From Pristiophorus japonicus (lineage: Eukaryota), in contig NC_091984.1 in the NCBI RefSeq assembly GCF_044704955.1, forward strand, positions 146,444,001-146,508,000: a stretch of 64,000 nt of DNA, read 5' to 3'. Shown piece by piece: positions 47,305 through 61,781 of the stretch. Every line of letters begins with the position of its first letter. Position 1 is the first letter of the stretch. Both the position numbers and the translations under genes were made by a program. Under the pieces are notes generated by a model. That model made no database searches. It was not told the DNA's origin and saw nothing but the letters and a program-made list of their open reading frames with translations.

Positions 47305-50300
47305 TATGGGGGATAAATTCGATCGGCCCTGCAAACATGCGCGAGGATCACGATGCGGGATTAACCCACGCCCATAGCTCCCGATGCAGGCAGCAGGCCA
47401 AATTTGTGCTGCCTGCTAACCAACATGATTTTTGCGCGCACCCAGCACTAACTGTGCTGTTGAGTGGCTACAGGCCTCAGCGGCCGGGGCCCAAGGTTGT
47501 GTGAGGCTGGCACCAGTTAAAGCTGGCCTGCACCTCTTAATGGACAAGTAAAATGTGTCTGGAGCAGGTGCTGGAAGTGGCTGTGGACGACATTCTGACC
47601 TGGACCAAGACGTACTGATGACACAACAGGGGAGAGAGCCGGCTCCAAGATCCTCCAGCGCTGCACTGAAGGCCTTGGGGGAGGAGGTGCAGAGGGGGAG
47701 AGATGTTCTCTACCCACACGGGGCGAGGAGGCTCCACCAGACAAACGTTTCGAAGGCAGTGAGACCAGGACCCGAGGACTGGGATGTAGTGCCGCCAAAT
47801 GTTCAATGACCTCACGAGAGTGGTCAAGGTCGGTGAATTCATCTTCAAATGCCGTGTCCCACCAACTGCTCCACTAGTCTCACACATTGCTCAATGTACC
47901 ACACCCCCATCACCCACTACCAACAATCTCTAGCAATCAGGACTCATACACAAGGACAGAAGGTATAGGAGCAGGAGTGGGCCATACGGCCCCTCGAGCT
48001 GGTCCACCATTCAATAAGATCATGGTGGATTTGATCTTGGCCTCAATTCCACTTCGCCGCCTGTTCCCCATAACCCGTGACTCTCCTGTAGTTCAAGAAT
48101 CTGTCTATCTCAGCCTTGAATATAGTCAATGACCCAGCCCCCACAGCTCTCTGGGGCAGAGAATTCCAAATATTCACGACCCGGAGAGAAGAAATTTCTC
48201 CTCATCTCCATCTTAAATGGGGTCCCCTTATTCTGAGACTATGCCCCCTAGTTCCAGATTCCCTCACAAGGGGAAATATCCACACTCACAGCTTCACCTC
48301 ACTCTCACACACTTAGATTCTGCTGCAAGCCTCACGCCCACATCTCACAGCTTGCACACACGGCCAGCTATTCAACCGTGACAGGCGCATCACCCAAACA
48401 CAGGGCACCACACTCACCGATACACTTCCCTCTCTTGCAGAGCAAGGTGGCCCAGAACCCGAGGCAGCAGGAGCTCAGTGGCGGGGGGCAGGCGCGCCCA
48501 GATGTCCTTATCCCCGTGGAGCAGACGGTGCTCGCCATCATTGGCGTGCCCATCGCTGAGCTCGTGGCCAGTGGCGGGGCGGAACCACAGAAGATGATGA
48601 TATGGCCGTACCTAATCCTCCTTCTCACATCCCACATCCCCCACAGCGCACAATCCCTTCTGATTTACAAGCTGCGGATGAGGGAAAGCATGCCCCTCTT
48701 ACATCGACCCCCCCACCACCACCCTTCCCGCACTGCAACCCTCCCCTTGTACCTTTCTCCTTTCACATACCCAGGAACTGCCACTTGGCCAGGCAGTGTT
48801 GGAAGAGCAAGAGGTGGAAAAGACAGAAGACATGATGGTGAAGACACACCGTCCCTCGATTTCACACTCACAGCCACCAGCTCAGATACTGACACTGCGT
48901 GTAATGTAGAGGGTAGTGTAGAGGCGGGATCGGCACGTGGTGAGACACCGGGCACGAGGGGCATGCAGCCAGGGCAGGGGGCAAGGATGGCGCAGGTTCC
49001 AGCTCGCCGGAGGGTGAGGTCACACACGGGTTCTGGTGTAGAGGACTCAGATGAGGATTTCGATGGGTGGGCTACAGAAGAAGGCTGATGGGTATGTACA
49101 ATGAAATGCTTGGTGCATTGGGAACCCTGCCAGAAAGCCTGTGCTCAATGTCAAGGAGCACGGAGGAGTCGGGCACCAGCTTGGCACAGGGCTTTGCGCA
49201 GAGCTTGGAGCCCATCCTTTCCAGCACGGAATGGTGGCCCACTCCATTGGGGCCCTTGTGGACCCGGCCATGATGCAGCGTCTGATGGCCGATGTCTCGG
49301 CTTCCATTGCAGCACAAGCAGCAGCCACCCAACGCCATGCAAGCTCAGATTGCTGCCATCATGGCTGCAGATTCCAGTGTTCAAAGGGGCTTGCAGGGTG
49401 TCACAGCAGTCCAGCAATCTGCCCGCCCGGGAATGATGCACCCCCTCCCCCCAGGGGAATGGCAGTGGCTCCATGGTGCACAAACCTACTGTCCTCTCTC
49501 AGAATGACAACATTCCTACACCCACCACTGCCACTCCACCAGTGTCGATGCTGTTGCCTGTCAGCCAGCCAGCCCAGACTGCTGCCGCCAAGGCCGAGGT
49601 GATGCAGTCCACAGCCGGGCCTTCTAGGCCCAGAGCTGCTCGAGGTCGCCTTCCAAGGCCATCTCCAGTCTCCCCAACTGAAAGTCAGCAGCCTTCCAGC
49701 AGCCCTGCTGCATCCCTTGGGGTATCAGTGCATAGGAGCACTAGGACAGGCAAAGACACACACAAGGCAGACACCAAGGGAATGCACCGGGGGATTAGTG
49801 GGCTTTTTGATGTAATATTGGATGCAGTGTCGCCCCCAACATCTGGCACCACTGCCCACAGAAGTTTCATGCCCTCAGACCACTGGTCAAGGTCAGGGAG
49901 TGAATCTTCAAAAGCCGTCTCCTACCAACTGCACCACTAGCCTCGCACACTGCTCAATGTCCGACCCCCTGCCCCCCACAATCGCTCACGTACCAACAAT
50001 CTGTACCAAACACCAGGCATACCTCCCAGTCCCAGCCTCACCTCACCCCCTTGGAGAAGACGCTGCAGGCCATTCTTGGCAGGGGCATGGCTGAGCCCCT
50101 GGCCAGGGGCAGGGCAAAAAGGATACAAGATGCTTGTATCCTCGTACGTTATCCTCCTTCTCACGTCCCACTTCCCCCCTCAGAATAAGAATCGCTTCTA
50201 ATTTACAAGGTGTGCAAGGTGTAAGTAGGCAGCTCTTGCTTTCCCGCCTCCCCTCACCACAACTCCACCCTTCCTCATTTCACACACCCAAATCCAGCCT

Positions 50301-51420
50301 GCCCAGCTCACGGGTGACCAAGCAGATGGAGAGGAGAGTGAAGAAGACACACTGTCACTCGATTTCTCACTCCCAGCCACCTGCTCCTCAAGGTCGACCA
50401 GCAAGGCCATCTGCAGTGTCCCCCACTGAAAGTCAGCAGCCTTCCAGCAGCCCTGCTGCAGCCCCTGGGGTAGCACTGCGTGACATCAGTACGATAGGCA
50501 AAGACACACACAAGACAGTGACGAATGGCGATCAGTTGATTTTTTGATGTATTATTGGATGCAGATATGGATAAAGTTGGATTGGAAAGTTTGCTTTGTG
50601 GGGGCTTTTATTTCAGCATTGTGGCCAAGAGGACGATGTGATGGTCAGTAACAGAGGAAAGGTAAGCTGTGGGACTAATGTTGAAAGAGGATTGGGGTGG
50701 TGGTCACTGGGACCACAGGCGGATGATTCGATCCCGGATATCCCGGCCAGAAAGCGACTGTCTGGGTTGCCTCCTTCCTTCCACTTCCTCCTCCTCCCTT
50801 TGCAAGCAGAAGTTGGAAATCTGAAATAAAGGCAGTAAATGCTGGAAATACTCAGCAGGTCAGGCAGCATCTTGAGCTGAAACGTTAACTCTGTCTCTCT
50901 CCATGGATGCTGCCTGACCTGCTGAGTATTTCCAGCATTCACGGTCTTTCCAGGGACCTTCCTTTACCACCTGAGGCCTTGCACGTGTCCAGCAGCACCC
51001 CTTGCATTCCCTGCACAATGAAAAAACATTGAACATTTATTGTACTAAGCCACTACTTCCATAAAATATATTGTTTAAAACAGACCAGAGCTTAAATGCA
51101 AACATACCTGAAAGATGTGTGGCTCGTTAAGAAGCACCAACTGCATCTGTGCAGGGCTGCTTCACGCCTGCTTTTCTGTGTGTGCTTAGGGCAGGGCCAT
51201 ATGGTGAGCGCAAACGCCCCAATTAACAGTCATGGCTCGAGCCAGGCATTGGTGTCACCATCTGACAATCCACATTGTGAGGCGAGTGCTGCCAACGACA
51301 GCGGTAAGGCCCTTACCAAAATGGTGGATGACGTGTCCCGGGCCGCAAGCAAGGCGGCTGTGATTATTTGAACAAAACCCTCTTATTGGCTGGTGCTAGA
51401 CCGGGGAAATTCTAGGCCAA
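47305..51420 (+). mobile_element. Decayed PIF/Harbinger DNA transposon (intron-containing Myb/SANT gene remnant; transposase largely deleted)
   Basis: PAPRSSSAALKALGEEVQRGRDVLYP; CRQMFNDLTRVVK|gt; cag|KVAQN.RQQELSGGG; weak TIR-like ends; CR1 fragment nested at ~47950-48280. Confidence 0.62.
50838..50939. repeat. Perfect 34-bp inverted repeat with a 34-bp loop (short palindromic interspersed element)
   Basis: AATGCTGGAAATACTCAGCAGGTCAGGCAGCATC ... GATGCTGCCTGACCTGCTGAGTATTTCCAGCATT. Confidence 0.9.
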
Positions 51421-51424
51421 AGAA

Positions 51425-53010
51425 TCATAAGAACATAAGAAATAGGAGCAGGACTCGGCCATTTGGCCCCTCGAGCCTGCTCCGCCATTCAATAAGATCA
51501 TGGCTGATCTGATCCTGGGCTCAGCACCACTTCCCTACCCGTTCCCCATAACCCTTTACTGCATTATCGTTCAAAAATCTGTCTATCTCCACCTTAAATA
51601 TATTCAATGACCAGCCTCCACAGCTCTCTGGGGCAGAGAACTGAACAGATTTACAACCCTCTGAGAGAAGAAATTCCTCCTCATCTCAATTCTCAATGGG
51701 CGACCCCTTATTCTTAAACTCTGCCCCCTAGTTCTAGATTTCCCAATGACTGGAAACATCCTCACTGCATCTATCTTGTCGAATCCCCTCAGAATCTTAT
51801 ATGTTTCAATAAGTTCATCTCTCATTCTTCTAAACTTCAAAGAGTATATGTGGAGCGGGCGGGGAAGTGGAGCTGACTCCATGATCAGATCAGCCATGAC
51901 CTTATTGAATGGCAGAGGGGCCGTATGTCCTACTCCTGTTCCGATTTCTTATGTTCTAATTAACCTGCTCAACCTTTCTTCATAAGTCAGCCCCTTCTTC
52001 TCAGGAATCAACCTCGTGAACCTTATCTGAATTGCCTCCAGTGCAAATATATCCCTCCTTACATAAGGAGACCAAAACTGTGCACAGTACTCTCGGTGTG
52101 GTCTCACCAATACCCTGTACAGATGTAGCAGGACTTCCCTGCTTTTATACTCCATCCCCCTTGCAATTAAGGCCAACATTTCATTTGCTTCCTGATTACT
52201 TGCTGTATCTGCATACTAACTTTTTGTGTTTCATACACAAGGACCCCCAGGTCCCTCTGTGTTACAGCATTTTGTAATCTCTCTCCATTTAAATAATAAT
52301 TTGCTCTTTGATTTTTTACACTCGGTCCCTTCATATAAGTTATTACCATAGATTGTAAATAGTTGAGGCCACAACACCGATCCCTGTGAAACCCAACTAG
52401 TTACCGTTTGCCAACCAGAAAATGACCCATTGATCCTGACTCTCTGTTTTCTGTGAGCTAGCCAATCCTCTATCCATGCTAATATATTAGCACCAACCCC
52501 ATGTTCTCTTATCGTGTGCGGTAATCTTTTATGTGGCATCTTATTGAATCCCTTCTAGAAATCCAAATACACCACATCCACTTGTCCCCCCATATCCACC
52601 CTGTGCGTTACGTCCTCAAAGAACTCCAACAAATGTGTCAAACATGATTTCCCTTTCATAAAAACATGCTGACTCTGCTTGATTGAATTATGCTTTTCCA
52701 AATGTCCTGTTACTGCTTCCTTAATAATGAACTCCAGCATTTTCCCAACGACAGATGTTAGGCTAACTGGTCTATAGTTTACTGCTTTCTGTCTCTCTTT
52801 TTTAAATAGGGGCGTTATATTTGCGGTTTTCCAATCTGCTGGGACCTCTCCAGAATTCTGGGAACTTTGGTAGATTGCAACCAATGCATCCACTATCTCT
52901 GCAGCCACTTCATTTAAGAGCCTAGGATGCAGGCCATCAGGTCCAGGGGACTTGTCCACCTTTAGTTCCATTATTTTACCGAGTACTTTTTCTATAGTGA
53001 TAGTGATTGT
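51425..53010 (-). mobile_element. 5'-truncated CR1
   Basis: KSPGPDGLHPR..YRPVSLTS..tail. Confidence 0.88.
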
Positions 53011-53118
53011 TTTCTCAGCACAGAATCTCTCACACCCAGAATCTCAGAACAGACTCTTCTTCAAAAGGGTTCCTGTTTAAGGGTTCACGGGATTCGGGGG
53101 TGGGGAGAGGAGGCAGTA

Positions 53119-53815
53119 GGACATTGGCTGAAAGGTCTGATTCTGTGAGTAGGACTATGTCAGGCTGGTGCTTGACTAGTCTGTGGGGCAGCTCTCCCAC
53201 TTTTGACACAAGTCCCCAGATGTTGGTGAGGAGGACGTTGCAGGGTCAGCACTGAGCCTGGGTCCGCTGTCCTAGCCGGTCCGAGCTGCTGTTATTCTGC
53301 CTGATTGGACAGTTATTATTAGAGACTCAGACCACAGCAGAAATCCCCCGTGCAAAAAATAACTGAAGAGATTGTCAGATCGGAAGAATGAAACTTCACC
53401 CACAGAGGAAGTGAAAGAGGGAGGTTGTCACAGCTGTACATTTGTTAATGACACGGGAGAAAACTGTGAACCGGGCTCACAGCCTAGAATCTTGCAGCAC
53501 AGAAGGAGGCCATTCGGCCCATCGTGCCTGTGCTGGCTCTTTGAAAGAATTACCCAATTAGTCCTACTCCCCCTCATTTTAAGAACATAAAAAATAGGAG
53601 CAGGAGTAGGCCACATGGCCCCTCGAGCCTGCTCTGCTATTTTATACGATCATGGCCCATCCGATCATGGATTCAGCTCCACATCCCTGCTTGCAGTCCA
53701 TAACCCCTTATTCCCTTGTCGGTTAAGAAACTGCCTATCTCTGTCTTAAGTATATTCAATGACCCAGCCTCCACAGATTTACAACCCTCTGAGAGAAGAA
53801 ATTCCTCCTCATCTC
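53119..53815 (-). repeat. Inverted copy of arm B
   Basis: Reverse complement of 39330-40050. Confidence 0.9.
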
Positions 53816-53819
53816 AGTG

Positions 53820-56422
53820 TCCTCTACCGTAAAAACTGATACAAAATATTTGTTCAGAGTTTCTGCCATCTCCATGTTCCCCATCACTAATTCCCTGGTT
53901 TTGTCCTCTCAGGGACCAACTTTATTTTAGCCACTCTTTTCCTTTTTATACACCGATAGAAACTCTTGCTATCTCTTTTTATATTTTGTGCTAGTTTACT
54001 TTCATCGTCTATCTTTCCATTCTTAATCATTTTTTTCGTCATTCTTTGCTGGCTTTTAAAAGTTTCTCAATTTCTGTCCTCCCACTAGTTTTGGCCACTT
54101 TGTATGCCCTTGTTTTTAATTGGATACCATCCTTTATTTCTTTAGTTAGCCACGGATGGCTATCTTTTCTTTTACACCATTTCCTCCTCACTGGAATATA
54201 TTTTTCTTGAGAGTTGTGAAATATCTCCTTATATGTATGCCATTGTTCATCAGCCATCCTACACTTTAATCTATTTTCCCAGTCCACTTTAGCCAAATCT
54301 GACCTCATACCTTTGTAGTCTCCATTATTTAAGCTTAGTACGCTGGTTAGAGATCCATCTTTCTCACCCTCCATCTGAATTTGAAATTGAACCATGTTAT
54401 CATCACTCAGTCCAAGGGGATCCTTTACTGGGAGCTTGTTTATTAATACTGTCTCATTATACAGGACCAGATCTAAGATTGCCTGCCCCCTGGTTGGTTC
54501 CATTACATACTACTCAAGGAACCCGTCCCTTATGCACTCTATGAACTCTTCCTCAAGACTACCCTGACCAATTTGATTTATCCAATCAATGTGGAGATTA
54601 AAATCACCCATAATTATTGCTGTTCCCTTTTTACAATCCTCCACTATGTCTTGCTTTATACTCCGATCAACAGAGTTGCTAATGTTAGGGGGCCGATAGA
54701 TTATGCCCACCAGTGACTTTTTCCCTTTATTATTCCTTATCTCCACCCAAACTGTTTCAACATCCTGATCATTTGAGCCAATATCATTTCTCACTATTGC
54801 AGTGATTCCATCCTTTATCAACAGAGCAACCCCACCTCCTTTTCCTTTCTGTCTGTCCTTCCGGATTGTCAAGGACTCCTGAGTATTTAGTTCCCAGTCC
54901 TGGTCACCTTGCAACTATGTCTATGTAATGGCTATCAGATCATATTCATTTGTATCTATTATGTGCCGTCAACTCATCTATTTTGTTATTTAGACAAAGA
55001 GCCTTTAAATTTGTTTTTTTACCCTTTTTATCTGCTTGTTTCCTCTCTCCTTCAAACTCACTTTCTTTATTTTTGCTTGCTAATTCCAGCTTTAGTCCCC
55101 TCCCTACTGAATCTATTCTCCGGTTCCCATCCCCCTGCCAAGCTAGTTTAATCCCTCCCCAACATCACTAACAAATGCTCCCCTCGAGGATATTGTCCCA
55201 GCTCTGTTGAGGAGCAACCTGGCCGGTTTGTACAGGTCCCACCTCCCCCAGAAACGGTCTCAATGCCTCAGGAAACTAAAGTGTCCCACCTGCACCATCT
55301 CTCCCGCCACGCATTCATCTGCTCTATCCTCCTGTTTCTGTATTCACCAGCTAGTGGCACCGGGAGTAATCCGGAGATTAGAGAATAATTAGAGATTAAA
55401 GATTCTGAGAGATAAATTCTTCCTCATCTCGCTCTCACCTCAGCCCCCTAGTTCTAGTCTCCCCTATCAGTGGAAACATCCTCTCTGCATCCACCTTGTA
55501 AAGCCCCCTCATAATCTTTCATTTTTTGATAAGATCACCTCTCTTTCTTCTGAATTCCAATGAGTAGATGCCCAACCTACTCAACCTTTCCTGAAAAGAA
55601 AATCCCCCTCATCTCTGGAATCAATCTAGTGAACCTTCTCTGAACTACCTCCAAAGCAAGTATATCCTTTCTTAAATATGGAAACCAAAATTGCATGCAG
55701 TATTCCAGGTGTGGCCTCACCAATACCCCGTAAAACTGCAGCAAGACTTCCGTACTTTTATATTCCATTCCCATTACAACAATGGCTAAGATTCATGACC
55801 ACTTGCTGTACCTGCATACTATCCTTTTGTGTTTCATGCACAAGTACCCCCAGGTCCCGCTGTACTACAGCACTTTGTAATTTTTCTCCATTCGAATAAT
55901 AACCTGCTCATTGATTTTTTTCTGCCAATGTGCATAACCTCACAGTTTCAAACATGATAATCCATCTGCCAAATTTTTGCCCACTCACTTAGCCTGTCTA
56001 TATCTTTTTGCAGGTTTTTTGTGTCTTCCTCACACATTGCTTTTACTCCCATCTTTGTATCATCAGCAAACATGGCTATGTTACACTCGGTCCCTTCATA
56101 CAAATCATTAATATAGATTGCAAATAGTTGGGGTCCTAACACTGATCCCTGCGGCACCCTAGTAGTTACGGATTGCCAGCCCGGAGAATGAACCATTTAT
56201 CATGACTCTCTGTTTTCTGTTAGTTTGCCAATCCTCTATCCATTCTAATGTATTACCCCAAACCCCATGAGCTTTTATCTTGTGCAGTAACCTTTTATGT
56301 GTCACCTTGTCAATTGCCTGCTGGAAGTCCAAATACACCACATAAACTGATTCCTCTTTATCCACCCTGTTCGTTACATCCTCAAAGAACTCCAGCAAAT
56401 TTGTCAAACATGACTTCCCCTT
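53820..56422 (-). mobile_element. CR1 fragments (ORF1 end/EN at 53820-55380; RT at 55400-56422 continuing at 59380-59600)
   Basis: IYRPPN..MGDFN; KGKSCLTNLLEFF split by the LTR element. Confidence 0.85.
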
Positions 56423-59379
56423 TGTTATGTATTGTCCAGGTACATTAAATTTATAAGTGCAATGGTGCGCCATAGAGGACGCTGTGGTGGGAGACTGGAA
56501 AGTACCTGCAAGACAGAGTCTAAAAGTCTGCCCACCACACCTGAGAGGCACTCTGGAGTCAGACAATGAAGGACTAAGGTCACAGCAGTTACTACAACAC
56601 CAGACTGTGTGGAGTCAGTGATTTGAGTGCGACATACATCACATTGGCGACAAGGACACGGACGAACTTCATGCATCATGCAACTATGGCTACTCTGGGC
56701 TCGTTAAAGGATTTTACAGTGGGAAATGATTGGGAGGCCTTTACGAAAAGGTTCGAGTACTACTTCACAGCAAACAACCCGACGGGGCACACGGACGCAC
56801 TGAGAGAAGCGTAAGGCGATATTACTTTCCAGCTGTGGCGATGAGGTTTACTGTCTTGTCAGGGATTTGCCGGCACCCGGGAGCGCCAGGGACAAGTCAT
56901 ATGAGAAGCCGGTGGTACTCATTCGTGACCAACTTACGTGACCAAAGGAGAGCATCTTCACAGCCCGGTACAAATTCTATCACCACTGCAGACCTGAAGA
57001 CCAGGATGTCACCAAATATGCTACGGACCTCAAGAGACTCGCGGCGCGATGTGATTTTGGCACACACCTTGAAGATGCGTTGCGAGACGTTTTTGTTTTG
57101 GGGATTGGCCATGAGGGTCTCTTTCTCAAGCTGCTATCCACGGAACCTACAGTCACCATGAAGCAAGTCATCACCACCAGCAGGGCATTTATGGCCTCGA
57201 CTTGCAGCACCAAACAGATGATCCACACAGTCTCGAATCCGGCAGGCACTGTCCACAGGATAGCACCCACCATGGACAAACTGCAAAACGTGGCTCTGCC
57301 TGGGGCAGAGAGCACGGACCTCGAGGTACTGGAACTCAGAGTCCGCTGAGGGGGGCTAATCGAGTAGCACCATGCTGGCGCTGTGGAGGAAGCCATGGGG
57401 CTCACCGGTGCAGGTTTGCGGAGTATACGTGCAATACCTGCCACATGAAAGGCCACCTTCAGCGTATGTTTGAAAGAGACACGACTCACCGTGTGGCTGA
57501 GGAGATGGTAGAGGGTCCATTTTCCGGCCAGGAACAGGCAGAAGAAGACAAGGCATTGTTTGGATTATACACGTGTACCGATGGTTCGGCCCCGGTGATT
57601 ATGGAGGTCAAGATTAACGGAGTCCCAGTGAGTATGGAAGTAGATACTGGCTCGGGTCCGTCGTTGCTGAGTCAGGAAACTTTTGAAAAACTGTGGGTTA
57701 ACCCAGCTGCACGACCCAAGCTGGTCCCGGTCATGGCAAAGCTGCGTACCTACACCAAGGAACTGATACCTGTTCTTGGCAGAGCAGATGTGCAGGTATC
57801 TCACGGGGACGAGATGCACGGTTTACCTTTGTGGGTCATTGCAGGCGATGGGCCGCGCTTCTCGGCAGAAGGTGGATGGGAAAGGTCCGTGGGAGCTGGG
57901 AAGACTTCACTCCTCCACAGACCGCTGTCCCCCGGGTCCCCAAAGAGCAGCACCAACCGAGCTGGAGAAGAAGTAAGCAGTTCATCAGCAGCCTCAATTC
58001 CACAGGCCACAGCAACCCTGCAGCCCCAACCCTGGAAGAGCAGCTTTTCAACCCGGCTGCAGGACTGGCGGCAGGTGCTGGAGCAGGAGCGGAGGCTCAG
58101 GAGAGGCGGCACCAGCGGCAGGAATGGAGGCTGCAGCGGCGGCGGAGGCTACGGAGGCGGCAGCTATGACTTGGGAGAACGCGATTTCTTGGACAGATAC
58201 AGGAGCCAGAGCAGATGCAGGAGTCAGAACAGAGGAAACGGCCAGATTCAAGATCATGCTTTGGCTGTTTTCTTTCCTTCTTTCTTCATTATTTCTTCTT
58301 TTCCAGAGAGTAAAATGGCAGGCCAGCGAGCTCAAGATGGCGGCAGCAGAGCTCTGCAAAGAACAAAGGCAAGCAGTACAACTAAAATGGCGGCGCCCAA
58401 GGGAAGCCTCGTGGGAACCACAAGATGGCGTCTTAAAAGGGAAATCCACCCGGGAATCTTAAAAGGGCCTTACACCATTGGCGGTCCCCACAAAGAGACT
58501 TTTGTAAGGCAAGAGCGAGTCTAAATGAGCAATGTGAATGTAGGATGACAGATTTATGATAAGAATTAATATTTTAATGCTGAATGGTTACTGTGTTTAA
58601 AATAATGGATATGAATTACGATTTATGATAAGAGTTAATATTTTAATTCTGAATGGTTACTGTGTTTAAAATTATGGATATGAATTACGAAAAGAGTTAA
58701 TACCATGAGGTTCAGGTAAAAGGGATATGGACCCGTGACTAACATGACCAACGGCTAATGCGATTTTCGCTTTAGCTGATTCATGCAATGGTTCAGCGGC
58801 TGCTAAGGCGACTATTTCAGCGCAGCCCATTACCTCGGGCAAAAAGGAGCTGTGTACAGCCACCGTACCTCACCCAGGTAACTGTTCAGTGTACCTGCAA
58901 CCTTTTGACATAACATCTGTACCACATATTATATGTACCATACAAATGTACCATCTATGTATACCTACTTTCTGTTGGAGGTTATGCTCGTGTGCTTTAT
59001 CCACCACGTAAGGACTGCAAATACCACATGTGTACACCGAGTCCTCCACATGGGGAGAAGAGGGAAGTGGATGGTCATGGACTCACACTCACAAATCAAC
59101 CAGGACGAACAAGGCCGAGGTCACCGGCAATGGCTTTTGGAACTGGGGGGAGAGTGAGTTGTTATGTATTGTCCAGGTACATTAAATGTATAAGTATAAT
59201 GGTGAGCCACAGAGGGCGCTGTGGTTGGAGACCTGAAAGTACCTGCAAGACATAGTATAAAAGGCTGCCCACCACACCTGAGAGGCACTCTGGAGTCAGA
59301 CAATAAAGGACTAAGGTCACAGCAGTTACTACAAACCAGACCGTGTGGAGTCAGTGATTTGAGTGCTACATACATCATA
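56423..59379 (+). mobile_element. Non-autonomous Ty3/Gypsy (Mag-like) LTR element, gag-protease only
   Basis: ~220-bp LTRs at 56423-56643 and 59160-59379; TSD CCCTT; PBS TGGCGACAAGGA (tRNA-Ser-like); PPT ~59145-59158; DWEAFTKRFEYYF, two knuckles, VDTGSG. Confidence 0.92.
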
Positions 59380-61780
59380 CCCTTCATAAATCCATGCTGA
59401 CTCTGCCTGACTGAATTTTGCTTTTCCAAATGTCCTGCTACTGCTTCTTTAATAATGGACTCCAACATTTTCCCAAGCACAGTTATGTTAGGCTAACTGG
59501 TCTATAGTTTCCTGCTTTTTGTCTGCCTCCTTTTTTAAATAGGGGCGTTACATTTGTAGTTTTCCAAACTGCTGGGACCTCCCAAGAATCCAGGGAATTC
59601 TCAGTGTCCTATCATGTAATGTGTATTCCTTTGATTGTTAGACTTCCCCAAATGCATTACCTCACAGTTCTCGGGATTGAAATCCATTTGCCACTGTTCT
59701 GCCCACCTGACCAGTCCATTGATATCTTCCTGCTGTCTACAGCTTTCTTCCTCACTATCAATCACACAGCTAATTTTTGTATCATCTGCAAACTTCTTAA
59801 TCATGTTCCCTACATTGAAGTCTAAATCATTGGTGTATATTACAATGTGCAAAGGACTTAGTACCGAGCCCTGCGGACCCCACTCGAAACAGCCTTCCAG
59901 TCACAAATACACACGTTGACCATTCCCCTTTGCTTCCTGCCACTGAGCCAATTTTGGATCCAACTTGCCACTTTCCCTTGGATCCCATGGGCTTTTTACG
60001 TTTCTGCCACATGAGACTTTGCCAAAAGCCTTGCAAAAATCCATGTATACTCCATCAAAGGTGCAACACTCATCGACCCTCCTTGTTATCTCCACAAAAA
60101 ATTCAATCAAGTTAGTCACGCATAACATTCTCTTAACAAATCCGTGCTGATTGTCCTTGATTAATCCATCCCTTTCTATATGACAATTTATCCTCTCCCT
60201 CGGAATTGTTTCCAATAATTTTCCCACCACCGAGGTTACGCTGACTGGTCTGTTATTACTCGGTCTATCTCTTTCCCCTTTTTAAACAAAGGCACCATGT
60301 TAGCAGCCCTCCAGTCCTCTGACACCTCACCTGTAAACAGGGTAGATTGAAAAATGATGGTCAGAGCCTCTGCTATTTCCTCCCTTGCTTCTCTTCACAA
60401 CCTGGGATACATTACATGCTAAACCCCTTAATACTTCTTCACTCACTATGTTTATCTCATCGAATATTTCACACTTGTCCTCCTTAATTACAATGTCTGC
60501 ATCGTCCCTCTCTTCTGTGAAGGTAGGTACAAAGTATTCATTTAGAACTATTCCCACATCTTCCGCTTCCACACACAGGTTACCTTTTTGGTCTCCAATA
60601 GGCCACACTCTTTTTTTAGTTATCCTCTTGGTCTTTATGTATTTATAAAACATCTTTGAGTTTTCCCTGATTATACTTGACAATATTTTTTCATACCCTC
60701 TCTTTGCATTCCTAATTTCCTTTTTAATTTCACCCCTGCACTTTCTATACTTCTCTGGGCTTTCTGCAGTATTTAGCTCTGGGTATCTGACATAAGCTTC
60801 CCTTTTTTGCCTTAACCTACCCTGTATGCCCTTTGACATCCAGGGGCTCTAGATTTGGCAGTCCCACCCTTTTCCTTTGTGGGAACATACTTGCTCTGAA
60901 CACTCACTATCTCCCCCTTGAATGCCTCCCACTGCTCTGACACTGATTTACCTTCAACAGAAGAACATAAGAACTAGGAAAAGGAGTAGGCCATATGGCC
61001 CCTCAAGCCTGCTCCTCCATTCAATAAAATTATGGCTGATCTGATCATGGACTCAGCTCCACTTCCCCGTCCGCTCCTGATAACCCCTTATCCCCTTATC
61101 ATTTAAGAAACTGTCTAATTCTGTCTTAAATTTATTCAATGTCCCAGCTTCCACAGCTCTCTGAGGCAATGAATTCCACAGATTTACAACCTTCTCAGAG
61201 AAGAAATTTCTCCTCATCTCTGTTGTAAATGGGTAGCCCCTTATTCTATGAGCATGTCTTCTAGTTCTAGTGGAAACATCCTCTCTGCATCCACCTTGTC
61301 AAGCCTATTCATAATCTTATATGTTTCCATAAGATCACCTCTCATTCTTCTGCTTTCCAATGGGTAGAGGCCCAACCTACTCAACCTTTCCTCATAAGTC
61401 AACCCCCTCATTTCCAGAATCAACCGAGTGAATCTCCTCTGAATTGCCTCCAAAGCAAGTATATCCTTTCGTAAATATGGAAACCAAAACTGCACGCAAT
61501 ATTCCAGGTGTGGCCTCACCAATACCCTGTAGAGCTGTTGCAAGACTTCCTTGCTTTTATACTCCATTCCCCTTGCAATAAAGGCCAAGATTCCATTGGC
61601 CTTCCTGGTCACTTGCTGTACTTGCATACTACCCTATTGTGTTTCATGCACAAGTACCCCCAGGTCCCGCTGTACTGCAACCTACCCAATCTTGCCTCAT
61701 AACTAGATTTGGGAGTGCCACCCTTTTCCTTTGTGGGAACATACTTGCTCTGAACCCTCACTACCTCCCCCTTGAATGCC
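59380..61780 (-). mobile_element. Nested CR1 fragments
   Basis: RT motifs (FADD, NQHGFVK); a younger 3' end inserted at ~60960-61690. Confidence 0.85.
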
Positions 61781-61781
61781 T

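Noticed and set aside
57202-58524. 440-aa novel host gene
   Set aside because: Gag knuckles and protease followed by frameshifted low-complexity sequence inside an LTR element
59600-60950. CR1 here as the direct paralog of the CR1 at 18060-20533, which would pin the deletion breakpoints
   Set aside because: Looks clearly more divergent than arms A/A', with many codon third-position differences; probably an independent insertion, so the breakpoints are unresolved
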